DNA of 46,696 nucleotides from Monosiga brevicollis MX1. Taxonomy: Eukaryota. The notes under the pieces are model-generated. The model worked only from the letters and a program-made list of their open reading frames with translations, had not been told where the DNA came from and made no database searches. Of the stretch, positions 1-11,264 are shown piece by piece; within the stretch, counting starts at the first letter, position 1, and each line of letters begins with the position of its first letter. The stretch is from positions 212,381 to 259,076 of the forward strand of contig NW_001865082.1 of NCBI RefSeq assembly GCF_000002865.3, written 5' to 3'. Made by a program: the position numbers and the translations under genes.

Positions 1-49
1 AGGGAAGTAGAGTTCAACTATTTGGGGGCTCACTTGACCCTCTCCTTAG

Positions 50-439
50 ACACCCGCGCGAAGCGCATCGTGGCATTGTCAAGCGTATGCTGGCCCTGGA
101 GCATGACGTGGTCACGTACGTATACATCTGTTGGCAAGGGGATCAGCATGTCGTTCCACTCGGCACAACAACATCTGATGAGGCTGAATTGTTTACCTTT
201 GCCTTTTTGCTTGGCAGTTCTGGCGATGAGGCGCAACGGTATACCGCCATTCCAGCTGGGCACGTGTGGATCGAAGGGGATTGCGCGCAACACTCCACAG
301 ACTCCAATCGGTGGGGCCCGTGCCCGAAGGTCTCATCTTTGGGCGCGCCATGGCTGTAATTTGGCCCCCACAGCGCTGGCAACGCCTCACGCCCCACGCG
401 GAGGAGCACCGCTTACATCATCTTAACCCTCGACGATGA
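50..439 (+). CDS. IMMP2L: 3' part of mitochondrial inner membrane peptidase subunit 2 (S26 family); 5' exons lie outside the window; one apparent -1 frameshift near 318
   Basis: Exon 50-115 reads HPREAHRGIVKRMLALEHDVV and GT-AG intron 116-217 splices in frame to SGDEAQRYTAIPAGHVWIEGDCAQHSTDSNRWG. After a one-base shift it continues VPEGLIFGRAMAVIWPPQRWQRL to TGA at 437-439. These match IMP2 motifs IKRVIALEGD, PxGHxWVEGD, DSNxFGP and WPPxRW. Confidence 0.85.
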
Positions 440-762
440 GCGTTTGAGGCGTGTCTCCTGTCTGGTGTTGATGGCTTTCATCACATTGTATGCAGAGGCG
501 CAATGCCAGAGTGTTCCAATCCGGGTGTTATCTCGATTGAGCATCGGGTTTGGTGACCCAGGGTGCTGAGCATCAAGAGCCCGTGCGCATGCTTCTGCAG
601 GCGACGACTCGAGTAAAATTCATTTATCCAAAACTATTATCCGTTATCATGTCAGAGTACATGCCACGTCAATCTCCTCTCACCACGGCCAGGCAAATGC
701 CAACGGGCCTAGGCCACGTCTGTCTACGACGAAAGCATGGATCTAAATGCTAGTCGCTACAG

Positions 763-2460
763 CTAGGCTGATTCTCGGCAGCCAACAGCCAGCGTCTCCA
801 GCAAAGGCGGTACAAGACCGGCGTCACCGTTGGCCAGCAAAAAGATGAGCAACTCGACCCAATTGCCCAGCCAGAGGTCCAGTGTATTAGCCGGCATGCG
901 CTGCCAGGCTGCTGCTATCTGCTGCGCCGTGCGTGCTTCGTTGGCCGTAGGGTGGGGGGATGCACATAGGACCGACGACGGCAACGCGCCCCAGGCTTGG
1001 TACTCGGCAATTTGGGCGGGTGATAGCGTGCCACGTCGCGAGACGCGAAATAACGGCGCGTTGTACCGGGTACGCCAGACGTTGTGCACAAAATCATGCG
1101 CCCGATGGTGCATGTCGGGAAGCAATCGTAGTACCTCGGTGATGATGGTCCAGAGCCAGCGAAGGCGACTTGGCGCATCGGCGGGCAGGGCCACAAAGCC
1201 TTGCTGCGTGATTGCAAAAGCCCGTGACCCATGGTCAGTCAGCGTGTCAGTCCATACATTGACGCTGATGGATGTCGTATCCTGCCACCAATGCGAAAGC
1301 GTGAGAGGAGTTAGGGCCGATGAGTTTGGACGACAAGGCGCGAGCAACTGCCTGGCCTGAGACTGACACTCACGGCATGCACGTGGTGAAACCACAACGG
1401 CGGTAGGTATAGCAAATCACCAGCCTCAAGCGTCACGGCCTGGGCAAAACCAGCGCGTCGCAACCTGCAATGCCAATGGGGACCCCATGGGTAAGTAGGG
1501 TATGCACATGCCTGAACACGCGCATCGTGGGTTGTCTCAAGCACAGCGCTTGGTCACGGGAGATGACTCACGCTTCAAAACTAGTGAATGGTTCGGGGAG
1601 CACGTTGGTGGCTTGATCGCCAATATCCAGGGCTCGGCCACATTGCGCATGACTGGTGTAAAAAGGGAAATACCGTGAGGTTGGCATGGGCCCGAGGGTC
1701 GATGAGCCAGAACGTTTTGCGTCCATGAACTGGGCGTAGAGGTTATGATAACCGCGTAATGGCAGTGCGCGGTAACGCCGGGCTGGCCAAGCCAGAGGTT
1801 TATGCTGCTGCGCTCGGGTGCCAGCACCAGCAAGGCCTCCAGACCTGGTAGGGCAGGATAAAGGTCGATAGGTAGTTGCTCAAGCTCTTGACTGAGATAC
1901 AGAAACGGAGGCTTTGCGATCGGATCCGCCACGGTGGACTGTAGAAGCGCATCGGCTGGACCGTGCCAAGTATCGCTGTAGTTGTTGATGGGGTGTGCCC
2001 AGGGGGCGAGCGGCTTGCTGGAGTCATAATACGGGCCAAAGAGCGGGTGGGCATCGTGGGCATAGCCACCATGAATGTGACCCAGGTGCTGTTGCCATTG
2101 AGGCAAGGTCCAGTGGCGCGCCGGCCAGCCATTGACCAACTCGGTACGGAGAACCTGCGGTGCCTTTGCGTTGCGAATGGCGGCCAGGAGCTGTTCCAGC
2201 GATTTGATTGAGGACCGCACGGGTACGTCGGCGTATGCCGGAGCGTTGGCCATGACAGAGTGCATGTCCTTTGCCCTGATACCTTTATCATCATTGCGCC
2301 CGACGCCAAGAAGCAGGCAGCCGACCGCCAGCAGCCCAAAGAGGCCATACCAGGCCCATCGCTGGCGCTGGCCAGCTTCCGGACCATTGGGCTCGCTGGC
2401 GTCGGCTGGGTTGATCGTGTGTTCCGCTCTTCTGCCTCTTCTTTGCTTGGGTACGGCCAT
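763..2460 (-). CDS. JmjC/cupin-like 2-oxoglutarate oxygenase with an N-terminal hydrophobic anchor; apparent frameshifts at ~1755, ~1729 and ~1655
   Basis: Reads PQVLRTELVNGWPARHW, then INLWLGQPGVTAHCHY[D]GYHNLYAQ.HGRKTFWLIDP (across the shifts). An intron leads to AVTLEAGDLLYLPPLWFHHVHA and another to DTTSISVNVW. These are canonical JmjC motifs. WAWYGLFGLLAVGCLLLGVG lies near the N-terminus. The start ATG at 2460 is inferred. Confidence 0.8.
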
Positions 2461-2819
2461 GGTCGCCGTCACTCTTCCGCCCGTCTTGTCCTGGCGATCA
2501 ACTAATGGGATCAGTTGACCAGCAGCCAAGGGAAGACGAGTCGTAGTAGCCGTCGTAGTAATAGTAATAGTAGTAGTCGCAGCAGCACAGCAAGCAGCAA
2601 GCAGTAGCAAAGCAGCAAGCAGTAGCAAAGCAGCGAAGCAGCGAAACAAGCAGCAGTGTTTTTTTTTTTTTTTTTTCTTCAGAAATCCATAAAATGGTGA
2701 CAAATGGGAGGAAGGAGGATGTTGGTGGCGGATGTTGATTGAGGGTTAGAAGGAGAGATCGTGTGTATGTGTGTGTGGGAAGGAGGAAAGGAAGAGGGAG
2801 GCAGGGAAGGTGAAGGTGA

Positions 2820-2821
<2 letters not shown>

Positions 2822-2854
<33 letters not shown>
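2822..2854. repeat. (GT)n microsatellite
   Basis: Run of gt dinucleotides seen directly. Confidence 0.95.
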
Positions 2855-2857
<3 letters not shown>

Positions 2858-3436
2858 AGAGAAAGGGAACGTGATCCGTCATGCAATTGGGGCCAAGACA
2901 CAAGCCAAAAAGCCAAAAGAACGGAATTCACTCAGACAACTCGAAAGTGAAAGATGGACACACGCAGGCGCACACTTGCAAGCAAATGTGAGAAAGCAGA
3001 ACAAATGAAGAAGAAAAAGAAGGTAAAGCGTGGTGGCGAAGGTCACACCATACACAACAAGAAGCATGACGCACAACGCGCGAGAGCGGCCAAGGACCCA
3101 AACGTTCGAGGATCGAGCGGTTTCTGATCAATGGGAAAGAGAAACGCTTGCTCGACACGTCGCGATTGCAACCCGGTTGTTGTGGACGACGCCACGAGGA
3201 TGGAGTGCACCCGGACAATCCGACATCACACGCAATGAGGGCGAGGCGGGGCGAGGCGCTGTTGGCCACGTGTCCAAAAATCATGCACAGAAGCGCGCGC
3301 GCACACGCAAACACCGACACACAGACAACAAGATACAACCACATGCATGGACACACAAGGGGGATGCATAAAGGCCTCGCGATGGGGCTGGAACAGTTGG
3401 CAGCCATGACTGATCCCATTTCAAAAGAGCGAGAAT

Positions 3437-5317
3437 TTACATGTCTTCCGGTTGCTCTTGCTGCCTCTTCTTGGCGCGCTTGGCGGCTTGACCACCCTCA
3501 TGCATGAGGAGACGGGGCAGGCGGCCCTCACCACCAGTGCTGGTGCGCTTGCCCTTGCGCGAGGCTTTCTTGCGCTTACGCCAGGCGCGGAGGAGTTCCG
3601 AGGCGAGCTGGAAGCGGAACTCGTTAATGTTGGCACTGGTCACGAGGCCAAACTTGTTGCCAATCAAGAAGGCGTTGACAACGGTGACGCTGAGGACGAG
3701 CGCCAGCTGGCGTACTTGCCAACGGCGGGAAGCCCAAGCGCGTTCCAAGTCGCCGCGCTGAGCACGGTGGAGGGTGTTGTGGAGGTCCACGGCGAAGCGG
3801 GCAGCGTAGTGATCTTCAAAGGGGGCGTTGCGCTGGAACTCGATGACCTGGCCATTGGAGCGCACGTGGGCCATTTGGCGACCGCAGTGATGGCTGCCGT
3901 AGGTGGAGATCAGGCTGCGGACCGACTTGCCGTAGTTGACGGCAAAGTGGCCGAGCTTGCGAGAGGACGGGCGCCAGGTGCCTTCGCGGGCGACAAGGGT
4001 GCCGACGGGCTGCTGGGCGGTGTGGGCCGTGACGGCATCCATGTCGGTGAGGTGGCGTGGCCAGCGCTGGCGCTTCTCGACGGGGGCCACGGCGTAGACG
4101 CCCTTGGCGGCGAGGTCCATGATGGTATCCACAACGCAGCAGTCGTTGTCAATGGCGATGACCGAGCCGGTACCGTGCAAGGGCTCGGCCATGCGGAGCA
4201 GGACGCTGTCCGACTTGCCGCATTCGTCTTCAAAGGCAGGGCGGAGGAGGGTGGGCTCGCGGTCGGGATCCTCAATGAGCTCCATGCGGAAGAGAACGCA
4301 GGAATCTTGGTCGACGAGGGCACGGTACTCATCGCCAGATGGGGCGAGGGTCAGGGGCACGTAGGAGCGCGCGGGCATGGCGGCCGAAGTGCGCTTGAGC
4401 ATGTCCTCGTCCAAGCCAACCGTGTCCGAGGGACGGAAGACGGAGAGCATGTGGTCGTTGAAGCGGGAGACCAGCTGGCGAACGGCGGGCAGGTCACCGG
4501 CACCCCGGGCCAGGGAGACGGCCGAGGCGATGGTGTCAAAGCGACGGCGGGACATGTACTTGGAGAGAGCCGGGGTGGGACGCAGCTCATGGCCCGACTT
4601 CCAGAGCTCGGCGCGGGGACGAGCATCGCTGGCGCAAATGAGCATGGCACCGAGGAAGGCCATAAACTCTTCCTTGCCAAGCTTGGAGCCCATGCGGGCC
4701 GCGGTGGCATCGACAATGCGGCCAATGACGTCCGGTGGCAACAGCGTCTCAAACAAGGCCGAGGCCGAGGAAGGGCGCTCGTCAAAGGCGCCAAGCAGGC
4801 GGGCCTCGAAGCGGGCACGGGTGTTCTTGTCCAACAGCATGGGAACACCACGATCGACGGAGGCCCACTCAACGGCATCGGTGGGGGCGGCCGCTGCATT
4901 TTCATGGCGGGGCGCCTTTTCGTTGACGCCGCCATCATCGTTGTCGACGGCCAAGTCGAGGGGGTTGGCCATGGCCGGGTCGGCAGTGGCAACCAAGCAC
5001 ACCGTCTCGTAGGAAGTCAGGGCGGCGGGCATGGCGGCCGCCGGGGTCGGGTCGGCCGCCAATTGCTCCAGGGCCGACGTCGCCACCGAGTCGGGGGCCT
5101 GACGCTTGACCAGGCCACAGAACAAGGGTTCGCTGGTGGCTTCGTGGCGCAAGCGGTACGTCTCGCGACCGTTACGGACCTCCCGGCCCAAAACCGTTAG
5201 ATCCCGCACGGAGCCATCGGGGGCAGTGGGCAAGGCTTCGGCAACGTTGGCCGGCATGAGCAGCCGAGACAAGGCCGTCACGCGAGTACCCGGCTCATGC
5301 CGGGGATGACGTGGCAT
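3437..5317 (-). mobile_element. piggyBac-like DDD transposase ORF (PGBD / DDE_Tnp_1_7 family), intronless; no terminal repeats found
   Basis: Contains LFETLLPPDVIGRIVDAT, EEFMAFLGAML, MSRRRFDTIASAVSL and LVSRFNDHMLSVFRPSDTVGLDEDM. Candidate catalytic Asp residues are in LDEDM, IAIDND and AVDLHN. The tail is basic and NLS-like (RAWRKRKKASRKGKR). The region upstream of the ORF runs into an assembly gap. Confidence 0.8.
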
Positions 5318-5425
5318 GGCTAGTGGTGCAGTGGGTCGCGCTGCCAAAGATCTCACACTCCCTGGTCAGGAGAGCAGGGAACAAAAAAAACCAGAAAAAC
5401 AGAGAGAGAGAGAGAGAAAAAAGTC

Positions 5426-6146
5426 NNNNNNNNNNNNNNNNNNNNNNNNNNNNNNNNNNNNNNNNNNNNNNNNNNNNNNNNNNNNNNNNNNNNNNNNNNN
5501 NNNNNNNNNNNNNNNNNNNNNNNNNNNNNNNNNNNNNNNNNNNNNNNNNNNNNNNNNNNNNNNNNNNNNNNNNNNNNNNNNNNNNNNNNNNNNNNNNNNN
5601 NNNNNNNNNNNNNNNNNNNNNNNNNNNNNNNNNNNNNNNNNNNNNNNNNNNNNNNNNNNNNNNNNNNNNNNNNNNNNNNNNNNNNNNNNNNNNNNNNNNN
5701 NNNNNNNNNNNNNNNNNNNNNNNNNNNNNNNNNNNNNNNNNNNNNNNNNNNNNNNNNNNNNNNNNNNNNNNNNNNNNNNNNNNNNNNNNNNNNNNNNNNN
5801 NNNNNNNNNNNNNNNNNNNNNNNNNNNNNNNNNNNNNNNNNNNNNNNNNNNNNNNNNNNNNNNNNNNNNNNNNNNNNNNNNNNNNNNNNNNNNNNNNNNN
5901 NNNNNNNNNNNNNNNNNNNNNNNNNNNNNNNNNNNNNNNNNNNNNNNNNNNNNNNNNNNNNNNNNNNNNNNNNNNNNNNNNNNNNNNNNNNNNNNNNNNN
6001 NNNNNNNNNNNNNNNNNNNNNNNNNNNNNNNNNNNNNNNNNNNNNNNNNNNNNNNNNNNNNNNNNNNNNNNNNNNNNNNNNNNNNNNNNNNNNNNNNNNN
6101 NNNNNNNNNNNNNNNNNNNNNNNNNNNNNNNNNNNNNNNNNNNNNN
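5426..6146. other. Assembly gap
   Basis: Run of N. Confidence 1.
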
Positions 6147-6558
6147 GTCAGGCGGAATGACGCCAGATCAGGCTTGGTCAAGCCAGATCGCTTCACGCGA
6201 GAAAGGAGCGAGTTATCGGCTATTTTTAGCTGCTTGGCTCAATAACCAAATGTAAGTCTTACAACACTTCCCGCCCTCGTTTGAATTTGTTGCGTTTTCT
6301 TATTTGTCAGCTTTGAATTTTTCTCTCTTTTGGCGCTGAAACGCACACACACACAGAGAGCCGAGTGTTTTTTATTTTTTATTTTTTACTCCTTCTACTC
6401 GCTGCTGCTCCTGTCGTTCGAGCAGGGTGCTTCTCCTCTTTCTGAACTTGATTGATCTGTGGGTGGCTCGGTTTTGTGGCAGTCAACCCACTTCTTTCCC
6501 ACACCTTCAACAAATCCCTTGGTCGGCGATTCCCCGGGTTCGATCCTCACCTGGCAAC

Positions 6559-9500
6559 ATGGCTGGCGGCAAGAAGGGCAAGGAGTGCAACATCCAGGTC
6601 CGAGTCGTGATGGTTGCCCCAGACATTTCAGCTGGCGACCCGGTCGTCCGAGGCTCATGCCCAACTTCTCCTTTCTGCCGTGCCCTCCGACGCAGGTTTA
6701 CGTGCGATGCCGACCCTTGAACAAGAAGGAGACGGATGAGAACTCGCCCGTCTCGGTCGAGGTCAAGCCCGAAGATCATGCCGTCATGACCATGATCAAG
6801 GCTGGCGGCAAGATCGATACCAAGACATACCACTTTGACAAGGTCTTTGGCATGGAGTCGACTCAGGTATAGTTTATTGTCCTGCGACACGCTCGACCTC
6901 TTGCCTCTGCAACATGCTTGCTCGACCCCAGTGGTGCCAGTGGTGTCCCGCCCCCCTTCCTTACGTCCATGACGACGACACCCTCTCTCTGGCAGGTTGA
7001 CGTTTACAAGGACGTGGCCGAGCCTCTGCTTGATGAGGTTCTGGAGGGCTACAACGGCACCATCTTCGCCTATGGTCAGACTGGTACCGGCAAGACCCAT
7101 ACCATGGAGGGCTACCGCAACACCGAGCAAGCCTACGCCACTTACCTTGACGATCCCGGCGCCGGCCTCATCCCTCGCGCCATGAGCCACGTATGCGGCT
7201 GCTTCGCTTGCTGTCCTGTACGGCCACATGCCGCCATTGTTCAGACATCTTCTCACCCATCCGTTCCTGATGCTGCCGCTATAGCTGTTTGAAAAGCTGC
7301 AAGCCGGCGATGCCGAGTACTCGGTCCGCGCCAGCTTCCTGGAGATCTACAACGAGGACATCTTTGATCTCCTTTCCCCGCTGGTCCGTGGCCTGGTGCT
7401 GACGTGTGCGGTGAAGGCTCTGGGTGGGATTCCGTCTCATCTCAGATCTGAATGCAACCCGTGCAGGATGACAACAACAAGCTGCGTTTGTTCGAGGATG
7501 CGCGAAACAAGGGTTCCGTCGTCATTCAAAATCTTGAAGATGTGCCCATCAACAACCGCGACGAGGTACGTTTCCCCTGGGTTTCGGTGTTCTCCAAAAG
7601 GCAAGGGGAAAGGCACAAGGAAATGCCAGCATGATGTTTTCAGAGGCCCGCTGAACCCTTTTCCGACCCCCGCCGCCTCTCATCACTCTTTGTCTCGCCT
7701 CGCCCCATCGCGCCTGCCTTTAGGTGTATCGTCTGCTTGAGAAGGGTTCAGAGAAGCGCAAGACTTCGGCCACGCTGATGAACAAGACCAGTTCGCGTAG
7801 CCACAGCGTTTTCATGGTGACTGTTCATCAGAAGGAGAACAACATTGCGGGCGAGGAGTTGGTCAAGACTGGTAAACTCTATCTTGTCGATCTGGCGGGC
7901 TCGGAGAACATTGGTCGCTCTGGAGCCGTCAAGGACCGTGCCCGTGAAGCCGGTAACATCAACCAAAGTCTTCTGACCCTGGGCCGGGTTATCCAGAAGC
8001 TTGTCCAGCATGAGGGCCACATCCCCTACCGCGAGTCCAAGCTGACCCGCCTGCTACAGGATTCGCTGGGTGGTAAGACCAAGACATCCATCATTGCCAC
8101 CGTTTCGCCCGCCATGTGCAACATGGAGGAAACCATGAGCACCCTTGACTACGCCTTCCACGCCAAGAACATTAAAAACCGACCCGAAATCAACCAAAAG
8201 CTCACCAAAAAGGCCCTCATCAAGGACTACAGCGAGGAGATTGAGCGTCTCAAGCGCGACCTGATGGCCACGCGCGAACAAAACGGCGTGTACGTCAACT
8301 CGGACAACTATCGCCATATGACCGAGTCGCTCGAAACGCAAAAGACTCAGATCGAGGAAATGACCGTTCAACTCGACACGATGCGCAAAGAGTTTGACAC
8401 CATCCAAACGCTCTTCACGGAAACCTCGGCCAATCTCGAGGCCACGCGCAGCGAGCTTGAGGAAACGGCTGAGGCTCTCACCCAAGCTTCCAACGAGCTG
8501 GATGAGACCAGCCGACAGCTCGAAGCCACTCGCCTGGAGCGGGACCAAACGGCCTTTATTGCCGAGTCCCATGCTGAGACTGAAGCCCATCTCCATCGCC
8601 AGGCGTCGAGCCTGGTTCAAGTGGTCGAGACCACGACCGACCACGTGTCTGCGCTTCACGACAAGGTGCATCGCAAGGCCAAGGTCGAGGCTGCCAACCA
8701 TAGCTCCACACAGCGCTTGCAGGGTGATGTGGCACAACAGGTGGCCGCGCAGGTCGAGCGCCTGCAGGCCTTTGAGCGTCAAATGGGCCAACAACTTGCT
8801 GCTACACAGGCCGAAGTCGACCACCTCTTGAACCGCGCCCGCACATACCAGACCGATCTTACCGCATCTGTGGCAGCTACCACAGCTCGCCTGGCGCAGA
8901 GCCGCGAGGTGGAAGCTTCTGGTCTGCAGTCCCTTCAGAGTGTCGTTGAGGCGCAGATTGAGCAGGGCAATGCCGATAGTGCCGCGTTCTCTACGCGTCT
9001 CAGCGAGCAGCGTGCCCTCTTCCTGGCTGCGCTTAGCGAGCAGCAAACGGCCTTTTCTGCCGCACAAGATGCACAAGCCCAAGTGCTGGCCGATCTACGC
9101 GCCAGCATGCAGCAGCAGCAGGCAGAGGCCCGCGCCATGGTCACGGGGATGGTGCAAGAAATTACGAGCAGCCTCAGTGCGCTGCAGAGCGAATGCACCG
9201 AGCTCTTTGCTGGACAACGCGCGCAGGTCGCTGGCGTGCGACAAGACCTCCAGCAGCAATCGGCCGATGTGGAGGCGCGCATCTCCGCTAATGCTGCCGA
9301 TCTCAAGGCCCGCATGGCGGCCATGATTGAGGAGTGGGCCACGGGTGCCATGACGGCCCAACGCGAGCAAGCTGCCTCCTTTGACGCTCGCTTGGCCACC
9401 TTCAATGACACCAGCGCAGGCATGGAGCAACACTTCCAGCATGCCATTGCTCAGGGTCAAACCGCTGTGGAGGGTCACGGGCAGGCGCTTGCCGCCGGTC

Positions 9501-10297
9501 AAGCCAACACCGAGGCTCAGCTTGAAGCTGGGCTCACGCGTGTTGCAAGCCACACCGAGGAAGCGACGGCTGCCGCCACGTCTGCCGTCGGCGCGGTGCA
9601 GCAAGCTGGGGAGGCCCCCATGAATGCCGCCGATGCCTTTGCGGATGCCCACGTCCAGTTCTTGATTGAGCAGCGTACTGTCGTGGCCGAGGGCATTGGG
9701 CGTGCGCTGGTGGCTCAGGCAGCTACCGGCAGCGCCACAACGGAGGCTCTGGACCAGGTTTCTACCGCTGCCGCAGGCCATCTCGCAGCGCAGCAACAGA
9801 GCGTGTCGGCCACGCAATCTCTACTGGCTACCGCTACGGCGGAAACAAAATCTGCTTGTGCCGAGGCCTATCAGGGCATGGAGGCCGTGGATGCTCGGGT
9901 CACGCGCTTTGCCGCCGAGGAGCTGCAGGCCGATGTGCCCACGGGTGCCACCCCAGCGCGCACAACATACAAGTTTCCCGTTGTGGACGATTTGAAACGC
10001 ACCGACCCGCGCGAGGTGCTTCTTCAACGATTCGAAACAACGTTGGCTGAGCGCATGGCCGCCGAGGAGGACACGGAGCAGGAAACTGAGCAAGAGCCGG
10101 AGGAAGTATCCGCCGAGACCTCGGTCGTCGATGGGGAGGCCAGCGATGTTGCCATGGGCATGGAGAATCAAGCTGAACCGGCAGCGGAGCCCTCGGTGAT
10201 GATGGGCAAGGAGAATGAGGGGCAACAAACCCCGAAAAAGGCCAAGCAGTCGCCTGTTTCGGGCATTCCCACCCGCGGGCTCTCGACGGTCAACTAG
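6559..10297 (+). CDS. KIF11: Kinesin-5 (BimC/Eg5) motor; exons 6559-6597, 6696-6866, 6996-7190, 7285-7383, 7467-7565, 7724-10297
   Basis: Motor motifs [51 protein letters not shown] and [19 protein letters not shown]. Kinesin-5 neck [33 protein letters not shown], a long coiled coil, and the BimC box PTGATPAR. All introns are GT-AG and keep frame. Confidence 0.95.
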
Positions 10298-10313
10298 GCT
10301 GACCCCTTCCTAT

Positions 10314-10318
<5 letters not shown>

Positions 10319-10368
<50 letters not shown>

Positions 10369-10371
10369 GTG
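10319..10371. repeat. (GT)n microsatellite just 3' of the kinesin stop codon
   Basis: Seen directly. Confidence 0.95.
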
Positions 10372-10724
10372 TTGAGAAAGATTGATGTGTTTTGTTCGTG
10401 TCGCGAGTGGAGTTGGACGTTTGCCTCTGCGCATATCAAACGAGGCAAGATAAATTGATTGACTTTTTATTTCACTTATTGGTTCAATGGCCTGGCATCT
10501 TCCGCCATGCCTCACGCGTGCCAGTCCGTCCGACTCAACAGAACTTCCTTCCTTCAAACAAACAGAATAACAAGATCTTGCCTTGTCTTTAACCTGGAGA
10601 ACGAATACAAAATCCAAGAGGCATGTTTCACTTTACCATTACAACGGGTGTTGTGAACAGGTATCTACCGACACACGGACGGACCAATGCGCGTGGGTGT
10701 GTTTGAAGAGAGAGAGAGCGAGCG

Positions 10725-10727
<3 letters not shown>

Positions 10728-10772
<45 letters not shown>
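10728..10772. repeat. (GT)n microsatellite
   Basis: Seen directly. Confidence 0.95.
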
Positions 10773-10774
<2 letters not shown>

Positions 10775-11264
10775 GAGGAAATGGCGGCGTGAGCACTGAC
10801 CGGGCGCATGCGACGAGAGGGGGACGGGATGGTGTCCTCGTGCCGGTCAGGAACGGCATGTATGGGCTGATGTGGTGCGGCTTTGTGGGGAAAGGAGGTG
10901 CTCGGTTGTTTTTGACCAGCCTTTCGAGGTTGGCCTCATCAGTGTCAGGGGTGGAGCCGAGTGTGACTCTCGGAAGAAAAGGCAGGGTCGTTGCGCGCAG
11001 GGCATGATGGCCTTTGCGTGGGGGCCGCACCTGTGCGGCCACCGTTTGGGAGGGCTTTGGGAATCTGTGTTTGATGTTGAGCGGTGGCGCTTGAGCACCT
11101 CTTGGCTTGCACGACTGTGAAACAAGCAAGCGGCACCAGTTGCATAATCTTGTTGCCCGCGCCACCCCGACTTACTCACGTGCCCGTGTTTCTGTGCTCT
11201 TCCTGTCTCGGACCGTCTTGGTGGTGTATAGGGCGGAGCGCACCCATTTTCTTTGACCGTCGCC

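Noticed and set aside
3452..5200. 582-aa plus-strand ORF
   Set aside because: Antisense shadow of the GC-rich transposase ORF, with no recognisable motifs.
8054..10228. Several minus-strand ORFs
   Set aside because: Antisense shadows of the kinesin coiled-coil exon.
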